A stretch of DNA of 64,000 nucleotides from Octopus sinensis (Eukaryota): the NCBI RefSeq assembly GCF_006345805.1, contig NC_042998.1, positions 105,028,001 to 105,092,000 on the forward strand, written 5' to 3'. Shown piece by piece: positions 37,999 through 48,690 of this stretch. Numbering within the stretch: the stretch's first letter is position 1; each line of letters opens with the position of its first letter. The position numbers and the translations under genes are program-made. Under the pieces are notes generated by a model. That model saw only the letters and a list, made by a program, of their open reading frames with translations, was not told where the DNA came from and did no database searches.

Positions 37999-38270
37999 GT
38001 ACATATGTATATATGTATATATATATATAATATATATATAATATATATATATATATGTATATACGTATTTGTGTGTATATGTTTGTGTGTCTGTGTTTGT
38101 TCCCCCAACATTGCTTGTCAACTGATGTTGGTGTGCTTACGTCCCCGTAACTTAGCGGTTTGGCAAAAAGAGACTGATAGAATAAGTACTAGACTTACAA
38201 AGAATAAGTCCTGGGGTCGATTTGCTCGACTCAAGGCGCTGCTCTAGCATGGCCGCACTTATAGAGTAAA
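37665..38270 (+). mobile_element. SINE family A with a short antisense RTE tail (37877-37938) inside its central microsatellite
   Basis: Halves at 37665-37830 and 38070-38270; (CAT)n GTTTAGCGTCCGTTTTCCATGCTAGC between them. Confidence 0.8.
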
Positions 38271-38972
38271 GAGAGAGTATAATATTCATGTATGTATATA
38301 TTTATTCCATATAAGAAAAATTTAATCCTTGGAGTAATGTAGGATAAGTTTGGTGAATAAAGTTATTAACTGTCATTTCTTGACATTAAAGTAAAAAGCA
38401 TTTTATTGAATTTTCTTTAGTTATCATTGGTTAATGATGAAGTTAATGAAAATTATTAAAATGATTTATTTAATTGTTATGTCCTAGTTTAACCCTGATT
38501 GAACAGATCTGTCATCATAGCAATGACTATTCCAACACAAGCAGTCTCATTTATTTCCAACATTCTGCAAAAACTTCTTATGCCAGGAAAAATATTGCCT
38601 TGCTTGGAAACAGAAAGGCTGACAACAGAGAGGGCATATAATTTAGTTATCGCAGTTTACTATTAATACCGATACAATGTACATTGGTTTAAATGTCTCT
38701 TGTAGTTTTAGTAAAGTTAGTGCTTAACCCTGCCTATATATTGATTGATTGAAATAATGTGGTTATTAAGCTTTTACTTTTATATTATACTATGGAAGAT
38801 GGTAAGGATTATAATTTTGTATGACTCAATAGAGTTGTCACTGTTTAGTTATGTATTTAGGAGTGGTTGCAATTTACTTATGGAATTTATTTATTGATAT
38901 GGTTGTACATTGGGTAAATGTGTTTGAGAGTTGTGGTTTTTTTTGGTTTGTTTGATCCCAAACAACACTTAC

Positions 38973-39150
38973 TTTAGTGCTGTTGACACCGCCAGATTGA
39001 ATGGTACTGCCCAGGTGTTGAAACAATAATGACATCTGTGGGGCAGCTGATGATGGAGGTATGCTGGATTGTTGGTATGGCTGTTTTTGTATATGTGGAT
39101 TAGTATTATTGGATTGTTGGTATGGCAGGGAAATAGTATTATAACACATC
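38973..39150 (-). CDS. Candidate exon, Q/P/S-rich (MCYNTISLPYQQSNNTNPHIQKQPYQQSSIPPSSAAPQMSLLFQHLGSTIQSGGVNSTK)
   Basis: Open frame ending exactly at a codon boundary before AAA|gtaagt; acceptor weak (atatcaaaag) and abutting a SINE. Confidence 0.35.
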
Positions 39151-39159
39151 CTTTTGATA

Positions 39160-39305
39160 TATAAATATATACAATGGGCTTCTTTCAGTTTCTGTCTACC
39201 AAATCCACTCATAAGTCTTTGGTTGACCCAAGGTTACAGTAGAAGACACTTGCCCAAGGTGCCACGCAGTTGGATTGAACCCGAAACCATGTGGTTGTTA
39301 AGCAA
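39160..39305 (-). mobile_element. SINE family A, 5' half
   Basis: Family alignment. Confidence 0.75.
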
Positions 39306-39319
39306 TTTTTTATTTTTCC

Positions 39320-39532
39320 TCTTTCTCTCTATCTTTCTTCCCCTTTTCTCTATCACATAACTTTGTAAATGAACAATCTGGTGTGTTTATTTTAATGGCC
39401 TACCACTACCAATGTAGACAGTATGTTTCTCTGCCCTAGGTGTCAGGAAGACACTCAGCAAGAAATGGAAACAGAATTGAAAGAAGATGCTAATGAAAGT
39501 AATAATAATGATAATAATAATCATAATCATAA

Positions 39533-39604
<72 letters not shown>

Positions 39605-39685
39605 TAATAATAATGTATGGAAAACACTTGGCGAGAAACAGAAGAAAATTTGAAGAAAGAAGGAAAAAACATAATAATAATAATA

Positions 39686-39719
<34 letters not shown>

Positions 39720-40149
39720 GGATGAGGTTGAGGATGATGATGATTATGATGATGATGATGATGATGATAATAATGATAATAATGATAATAATAATAATAC
39801 AAGAATGATCAAATAAAGGAACTGAAAATTAATTAACGATGATCCCTGACTTACCATACCTGCAGGAAGTGCAAAAGATCATCTTAACTGGTATGTCACG
39901 AATTTTCTTTCTTTTCTTTCCTTTTTTTCCCCTTTATTTTTTGTTTATTTTTTTATTTTTTTATTTGCACTGTCTTTCTTCCTCTTTTTCTCTATCACAT
40001 GACTTTGTAAGTGAACAATTTGGTGTGTTTGTTTTAATGGCCTAACAATATATACAGTGCATCTCTCTGCCCTAGGTACCAGGAAGACACTCAGCAAGAA
40101 ATAGAAACAATTGAAAGAAGATGATAATGAAAATAATAATAATAATAAT

Positions 40150-40150
<1 letters not shown>
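39320..40150 (+). mobile_element. Two tandem 3' ends of an R4/Dong-like LINE among (AAT)n/(GAT)n tracts
   Basis: IPDLPYLQEVQKIILTGMSRI resembles R4-clade C-termini (QKxxLxGTxxILR); about 150-bp UTR duplicated at 39340-39500 and 39985-40130. Confidence 0.5.
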
Positions 40151-40206
<56 letters not shown>

Positions 40207-40236
40207 TATACGCATATATATTTTTATACATATGTA

Positions 40237-40267
<31 letters not shown>

Positions 40268-40269
40268 GT

Positions 40270-40625
40270 CATCATCATCATCGTCATTTAACGTCTGTTT
40301 TCCATTCTGGTATGGGTTGGATGGTTTGACTGGGGCTGAGAAGCCAGGAGGCTGCATCAGGCCCCAATCTTGATCTGGCAGTGTTTCTACAGCTTGATGC
40401 CCTTCCTAATGCCAACCACTCCAAGAGTGTAGTGGGTGCTTTTTACATGCTACTGGCATGGGGATCACAACTACAATTTCCATTTGATTTGATTTTGATA
40501 TTGCTGTTGATGTTGATATACTTGACTCAATAGGTCTCCTGAAGCATGGCATGCTGCCCAATGATCCAAGATACTTTTGAGTGGGCTGGTTATGTGACAC
40601 TGGTGCAGGTTACAGCTATGGACTC
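40270..40625 (-). mobile_element. RTE 3' UTR and tail
   Basis: Aligns with 6720-7110. Confidence 0.8.
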
Positions 40626-41949
40626 ACTATATTTTATATATATATATATATTCTTTTTCCCCAAGATCTTAGGCCCCCCTTGGAGTAAGCATGCTGTCCA
40701 GCAGAGCAAAAAAATTCTTTTCTTCTTCTTCCCTCTCCCTTCTCCTCTTTTTCTTTAGCATTCTTTTCAAATACAAAAGCACACACACACACACACACAC
40801 ACGCTCTCTCTCTCTCTCTCTCTCACTTTCTCCTCACCCATCACCCTCTTGTACTGTCTTATATTCCTCCCTACCACTACAAACTCAATACCACTATAAA
40901 ATGGTAAAAACTTTTCACACAGGAACTTAGTTTGATTTGAAAACCCCACTAGAATGGGGGAAAGCACTAATACATGATCTAAGTTATATGATGTATAAAA
41001 ACATGTAATATACAAATAAATATTTGTAAATATAAAACCATCCGATTTTCTGAGTACCTCATTTCTTCTAATATAAAATACCTGTACATCATTTCCAAAC
41101 CTTCCAATAAATATATATATATATATATACATATATATAGAATGGGTTCCTGTACAATTTCCATCTCATCTATGAAGTTCTATTTACATTTGGTACTTGC
41201 ACAAGTGGGATCAAATTGAAAACCACACCATTCTAAAGAAAATTTCTGAATCACATGGCTAGGTCTGCCCATTGAAATTTCATGATTTCTTATATATGAT
41301 TAATGTAGTTCATCAGATGTTAATAACTTGTAGTTGATTAGAAATAAATGTTACCATTCTATGTGTGTTCAAAAATACATTTGTTATTTTTAGTTCTACA
41401 CATTGCTGTCAAGTTGAATGTTTTCTTGGATTGTATGTACTTTCAAGTTATATTTTTGTATAAGTGTGTGTTCCTGTGTGTGAATGTATGTGAATAAGTA
41501 TATTATCCAATGATACTCAAACAAACCTCCCACTATAAAATGTTAAACAGCATTGGTACAACATAAATACACAAAATGTAAACTATGCTGGTAAGAACTA
41601 TATGATATCCTACATATTTTTAACCTCACTGACACATAAATACACATGTACGTGCACCCACAGATACATACATACACACATTATACTCACATAGACAGAT
41701 GTGTGTCAGTGCACTCAAGCTTGTGTACTCACACACAAATGGAGAAATACATGCAGTCAATCATACATACATATATGCACACTCAGAAGAAGACAGCAGT
41801 GGAGGCTTCTTCATATACACTTGGAAAGCCTCTGGACATCACTAAAGGAAACAGGAGGTCTAATCACCAGGTAGGAGTAATCAACAGACAGAATCAATAA
41901 CTTAGTGTCCCTGCAGCAGCTTAAGATGTTGGAGTGAAAATTAGGTGAG

Positions 41950-42300
41950 GAATGATGATGATGATGACAAAGATGATGACGACGACGACGATGAGGACGA
42001 TGACGACGATTGTAGAGGCAGTGGTGGTGGTGGTGTGGAGAAGGAGGAGTTTGAAGATGCTGATGACAAAGACAACGATGACAACAGCAATGAAAAACAA
42101 CAACAACAATTATGACAATGACAACAATAACGACGACGACGATGATGATGACGACAATGACGACGAGGACGGTGGTGGTGGTGGTGGTGTGGAAAAGAAG
42201 TTTAAGGATGACAATGATGATGACAATGATGATGATGACAACAACAACAATGATGGTGATGACGATGATGATGATAATGGCAGTGATGATGATGGTGATG
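41950..42300. repeat. (GAT/GAC/AAC/GGT)n compound trinucleotide tract
   Basis: Direct runs; explains the D/N/M-rich ORFs. Confidence 0.9.
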
Positions 42301-42784
42301 CATGTATGCATTATGAATGTATAAAGATAGGTACAACAGATAATTTATAATATTATTAGCTTAGTTCACTGTTATTTTTATGCATACTTCTCTTTAAGTT
42401 CACATTTTTTTCTAAATTGATTTCTTATTTATGCACTTCTTATTCATCTACCATTTTTTTTTTAACTTTCAGAATCTTTTCTATTCTTCAGCATTTTTTA
42501 TTCTTCAATTTTGTTTAATAATACATTTATTTCTTATATTTTATGAACCTACCATGTCTAATAAGACATCTTTTTTTTTTTTCCAATCTATTACACATAC
42601 TTTCTTCCTTTCTTTTTTTCTTTTCTTTCTCCAGAATCTTTTATTTTTTTTTTTCTTTGCCTACTTAAAAACTTTACTGACAATCTTTCATAGTTTCTTA
42701 TAGATATTTGTATCCATTTTTTCTTCATGCATCTAGATGAGTTTTGCTAGTATTGTTCAGTAAAGAACTAAAAATACACACCTA

Positions 42785-42832
42785 TTGATTCTGTACTGTT
42801 ATTGAATCTTTTCAATATTGGTACAGAATCAA
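42785..42832 (+). other. 22-bp hairpin, pre-miRNA-like
   Basis: TTGATTCTGTACTGTTATTGAA tctt TTCAATATTGGTACAGAATCAA; 19 Watson-Crick pairs, 2 G.U pairs, 1 mismatch. Confidence 0.35.
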
Positions 42833-43268
42833 CATTATTGTCTAAGGAATTATTGTTGTAGACTTACGACTATCATTATTGTTGCTCCTGTTCTTGTTAA
42901 ATCTATAGCATAGACAGTATTACCTTTCTTGCACTGACACTTTACATATTTGTATCTACATACAAAGTTACATAGAAATGAGGAGATACATAAATATGTG
43001 TGTGTGTGTGTGTGTATGTTAACCTAAAGCGTATGTAGTCATAAGAGTATATTTAATTATATATGCGCATATATTTAAGTACTTTTTGTATACTTATAAG
43101 ACATACATTTTGTATACTTATAAGGTTTACTTTTTGTATACTTATATGGCATATGTGTAAATACTCACGTGTATAGGTGCATATACACATATGTGTGTAT
43201 AAATTTGCATATTCATATTTTGACAACTCTGGAATTTGTACCTATTTATCCTTTTCATATATGTGTGT

Positions 43269-43307
<39 letters not shown>

Positions 43308-43439
43308 TGTGTGTGTACATGTGCATATATGTGTACACACATGCACACACACACATCTATGCATATATATGCAAATAACATTCGTTTGTTTGTATGCTAA
43401 CCACACACAGACATATATATATATAAATTTTTTGAAGTA

Positions 43440-43612
43440 GGTGCAGGTGTAGCTGTGTGGTAAGAAGCTTGCTTCCCGACCACATGATTCCAGTTTCAGT
43501 CCCATTGCACCTTGGACAAGTATTTTCTACTATAGTCACAGGTCAACTAAAGCCTTGTGAGTGGATTTGGTAGATGGAAACTGAAAGAAATTTGTTGAAT
43601 ATAAATATGTGT

Positions 43613-43658
<46 letters not shown>

Positions 43659-43664
43659 TGTGTG

Positions 43665-43695
<31 letters not shown>

Positions 43696-43910
43696 TGTCC
43701 TTCTGCCTGTGTTTATCCCACCACCACTGCTTGACAACTAGTATTTATGTGCTTGCATCCCCATAACTTAGCAGTTCAGCAAAAGTGACTGATAGAATAA
43801 GTCCCACACTTAGAAAAGAAGTACTGGGGTTGATTCATTCGAATTAAAATTCAATGCAGTGCCCTAGCATGGTCTTAGTCTAATAACTGAAACAAATAAA
43901 GCTAAAAGAT
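43440..43910 (+). mobile_element. SINE family A with expanded (TG)n
   Basis: Family alignment. Confidence 0.8.
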
Positions 43911-43927
43911 ATATATATATAAATATA

Positions 43928-43977
<50 letters not shown>

Positions 43978-44680
43978 GCAAAGTAGTAGGGATTTGAAAC
44001 CTGTGCAGGTGCCTTATGAGCACTCTGACACAATCCAGATATGGCTTACCACATCAAATGATAGCTAACATTCAGAATTGTTTAAGATAAACAATTAAAC
44101 TGTACTTCACTCGATAGGATTTCATACACCATACAGAGTATATAATCAAAGTGTCACAAAGTGAAATGGAGAATTATACAGCTTCAGAATTTACTAATTA
44201 AAGTAGTTTTTTTCATCAGATTCCATTCTGACATTTGTTTAAGATGGATAAGTGTCCAATTGTCCTTTGAAGCAAACTGAAGATTCAAGTATATAATATC
44301 TAATACTTGAATCTTCATTTCACTTCAACTATCCATATGGGTAACATCTCTTATGATAAAAGGTCTTGAATAAAGCTACATAAGAATACCAATGTTTAGA
44401 TGAATGTGTATGGCAATTAGTTTAATATAGATCAACTAAATGCATGTAATTGCTACATCAAATGACATTACGATACTTATCCAGAAGAACTACTTCAGGG
44501 AATAGAATTTAATGAAAAAGGTACTTTGTTAAATAAATTTTGAAGTTATATAAACTTCTCCATTCTTCATTATGATCTCTTTGATTGTATGTGTATATAT
44601 ATATATATATATACGAATTTTTTGCATAATGAGATAAAAAACCAAAACTGTATAGATATTAGAGCATTTATAAATAGAAG

Positions 44681-44733
44681 GTCTTACAGCTGTTTCTAGG
44701 ATATTAATTGATAATATCCCTTCACCGGAGATG
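44681..44733 (-). ncRNA. Degenerate hammerhead motif (core CCGGTGA)
   Basis: TCT CCGGTGA A GGGATATT..AATATCCT A GAAAC AGCT GTA AGA; palindromic stem III ACAGCTGT. Confidence 0.45.
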
Positions 44734-44971
44734 GTGTGAGAGGAAAAATTAAGTCATAGTTAGTTTTGATGTGATACAAATAGAGAGTGAGGTGGAGGAA
44801 AGAAAATAGATGTAAGATTTGTATGGTTATTGAATTTGTAAATCCGTTTTATTGACATAATGGTATATACGAGTAATATTCCAATATCCTTTGAGTAAAA
44901 TCCAAAAGTCTAACAGAGTTTAATATGTGTCCATCCAGATATAGAGTTTATAAGCAATGACACCATTATCT

Positions 44972-45013
<42 letters not shown>

Positions 45014-45448
45014 ATTGTGTGTGTGTGTGTGTGTATGTGTGTGTGTGTAGATGGATGGATGGATGGATGGATGAAAGATTGATTGATGTATATAGATGTA
45101 TGTTTGTAAGCATATATCATCATATTTTGCATCTGGTTTCCAAAGCGGAGGAATTGTGCAAAATGCACATGTAGATATACATTTGTGTGTGTATGTGTGT
45201 CAGTGTGCACATGTGTGTGAATGCATGTGCATGTGTGTGAATGCGTGTGCATATGTGTGTGTGTGCACGTGCATTTGTGTGTTGTGTGCATGTATATGTG
45301 TGCGCATGCGTGCATGTGTGTAAGGAAAAAGCACACATGATGAAAATAGATGAAAAATTATACAAGGAATATAAATGAAAATTTAGCTTACATTAATTGT
45401 CTCACTAATGATAGTAGCAGTTTCAACACTTCACACAGAATTGCTTAC

Positions 45449-45590
45449 TTTAGAGGCACTAAAAACGTTTGGTTATGCTTGTTAAGCCATAAAGGCAGTG
45501 GAGATGAGACACAAAATATTCGAGTTTTAGTGAGTGGGATACAGAAAAGTAAAACAAGGACAGGAAAGGTTGGATAACGTCGACTAGAAG
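45449..45590 (-). CDS. Candidate 142-nt exon (SSRRYPTFPVLVLLFCIPLTKTRIFCVSSPLPLWLNKHNQTFLVPL)
   Basis: tattttttctgtcttag acceptor, TAAA|gtaagc donor, phase 1 to 2, compatible with 38973-39150. Confidence 0.3.
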
Positions 45591-45940
45591 CTAAGACAGA
45601 AAAAATAATACTTAAGACAAAATTAGATGAAAGAGTTTTTCATGATAAAGATAAAACTTCACTTGATTACAGTTAACATAAAACAAAAAGACAACCCTAA
45701 AATAATAGTGCAACATGCATTAAATAGGAGATCACTGCCAGAACAGAAGCAAAAAGAAGTGATCTCTCTTTTGCTCTCATACTCAATATATATATAAAAT
45801 ATATCTTATATATATATTATCTAATATATATATATATATATATAGTATATATATATGTATGTATGTCTATTATTATACATACATATAATATAATATAAAT
45901 TATATATATATATACATATATTCTATATATATATACATAT

Positions 45941-45977
<37 letters not shown>

Positions 45978-46053
45978 TGTATACATATATATATATACAT
46001 ATAATATATATATATATATATCATACATATATATATACAATATATATATATAT

Positions 46054-46087
<34 letters not shown>

Positions 46088-46109
<22 letters not shown>

Positions 46110-46285
46110 GAAAACAAAGAGAAAACACAACAACACGAGGACGTGGAACAAGTATAGTGTTATTGGACACTCAAGAAAGGAAAGAAAGAAAGAGGATTTA
46201 ACGTTTTGAGCAGAGCTCTTCGTCAGAAACATAGAAAAATGAAAGGTCCAGGAAGGGAAGATGGTGAAAGAAAATCGCCAATATA
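46088..46285 (-). mobile_element. Short Penelope-like repeat with minimal hammerhead (46196-46230, G12>A)
   Basis: GTTT CTGACGA A GAGC TCT GCTC AAAA CGT T AAAT; flanked by (TA)n. Confidence 0.6.
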
Positions 46286-46291
46286 CATATA

Positions 46292-46335
<44 letters not shown>

Positions 46336-46399
46336 ATATATATATAATATATATATATATGTATGTATGGTATATATATATATATATATATATATATTA

Positions 46400-47252
46400 C
46401 AGGGTGCGGGGAATAAACTGTCATCTAAATAATGAAAAAATGAAAGTAGCACTAACAGCTCATTTTAACAGATATATTTACGAAAATTACATAAAAATGT
46501 CTTGAAATACTAAGCAGTAAATTTATTCAATAAAATCGCCATTGGCTTCAACCATGGCCTCCAATTGACTTCAGAATTTTCTGCAACTCTCCTGGATGGC
46601 CTCCCTGCTTAAGTTGGTGAATGCTGCCATAATCCTTGCCTTCAGTTTATCTTTAGTGTTACAAGGAGTTTTGTTGGTCTCTCACTCAACTGTGCCCCAC
46701 ACATAATAATCAAGGGGGTTGCAGTCTAAGGAGTTAGGTGGCCAGATGTTAGGGTTGATGCGGTCACAGATATTATCTGACAGCCATGACTGGGTTCTCC
46801 TGCTTCTGTGGCATGGTGCAGAGTCCTGTTGCCAGATATAGGGTCTTCCAGCAGCTACTCTCTTGACCCAGGGCAGCGCTACCTCCTCCAGGCACTTAAT
46901 TTAGGCCTCTGTGCTGAGTGTGAGGCCGTGTGGGAAAACGAATGGAGGCATAATGTCACCATCACTAGTGATCATTCTAAACACCATGATATTGATTGAA
47001 TGTTTCATTTTTATCACTCTTGGTAATGTTTTGGTACATGTTCTGTGTGTTCACCATCTGTTCATATTGGAACTTGTGGCCAAGTCATACAGCATGTCGT
47101 TTCCAAATTTCTAGCAGAGTCAATTGTGTCATGGTGTTGTTTTTCTCACAGATGGTGCCCAATACTGTGTAGCTGACAAAAATCATAAACAAACAATGTG
47201 CATGGGTGAAATTAAAAATACAAAATGGCGACAATTTACCTATCGCACCCTG
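46400..47252 (-). mobile_element. Internally deleted DD37D (maT-type) Tc1/mariner transposon
   Basis: TIR CAGGGTGCG...AAAxTGTC, TA duplication; WQQDSAPCH...IWPPNSLDCNP/LDYYVWG gives 37 residues between the last two D; stops and a frameshift. Confidence 0.9.
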
Positions 47253-48296
47253 TATATAAGTTTTGAATGGAAAGAGGTTCTTCTTTCAGCAGGGATGTAT
47301 TACATCCATGCATACACCAATTTAGCTCCATATCGATTCATTTTCCCGAAATTTGATAATTTGTGTTTATTGAAGGTTTATTGCAGGTTTTTCTTCAACA
47401 TCAGTGCTTAACACTTATGAAGTTCTAGTTGTTGTTATAGATGTTTTCATGTATCTGATATAGGAGGACAGAATTTTAATAATATAGTATAAAGAAAATG
47501 GAGAGTGTGAACACAGAAAAAATCAAGTTATTTATATAATACTCAATTTCATGTTACCTATGCACGTTTCAATTTCTCATCTTCCTTCATATTTTGCAAT
47601 CAAAATTGCATTATGAATTTAAAAACTAAACATCTCTTCAGAGCAAAATTGACATATATTCATTTACATCTTGAAGAATGGAAGGTTCCTTACATACTGA
47701 ATAGCAGCATGTGTGTGTGTGTGTGGTGTGTGTGTGTGTGTGTATGAACATGTTTGTCTTTGGATTCCATTCTAAAAATAAATACGACCACAGTGGACAA
47801 TTTCTAGTTGCAGTCCTAATAAACTATGTCATATTGCTATTCATTCTTAATGGAATTTAGATCAGTTTTTCAGAGGCTAGCTGCCACTCTTATGCCTACT
47901 TACTTGTCAAAAGAATAAAAAATAAAAATATATATATTAGTAAGTATCAAAATCAATACATTTATTTAACTTCTACTTATTTGATTTTTATTACAATTTT
48001 TTTTATTTAGATGTATTAGTCTTATTTGTTGATAGTTTTGGTTATTATATATATATTTAGTTAAATAGATTTTTATATATTTCAATGGGTTACATGCATG
48101 AGTTAGATTATTCTGAAAGGTGTGAATGCATTTCACTTTAAGATTTGTTCCTATGTTTATTTTAATTTTATTATTCACAGAATATTTATTTAAATATAAT
48201 TTAAAATTTATTAAATATATATATATAAATATATTTCTTTTCCTTGTGAATATAACAAACTCTTTATCCTTCATCTATCTAATATAGTTCTTTTAT

Positions 48297-48690
48297 TCTT
48301 TTTCTTGTTTCAGTCATTTGACTGCACCTATACTGGAGCATGACCTTTTAGTCGAGTAAATCGACCCCAGGACTTATTCTTTGTAAGCCTAGTACTTATT
48401 CTATCGGTCTCTTTTGCTGAAGCACTAAATTACGGGGAGGTAAACACACCAGCATCGCATGTCAAGCGATGTTGGGGTGACACAAACACACACACACACA
48501 CAAACACACACATATATATATACATATATATATGACGGGCTTCTTTCAGTTTCCATCTACCAAATCCACTCACAAGGCTTTGGTCGGCCTGAGGCTATAG
48601 AAGACACTTGCCCAAGGTGCCACGCAGTGGGACTGAACCCGGAACCATGTGGTTGGTAAGCAAACTACTTAACACACAGCCACTCATGCG
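48297..48690 (-). mobile_element. SINE family A, full length
   Basis: Family alignment. Confidence 0.9.
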
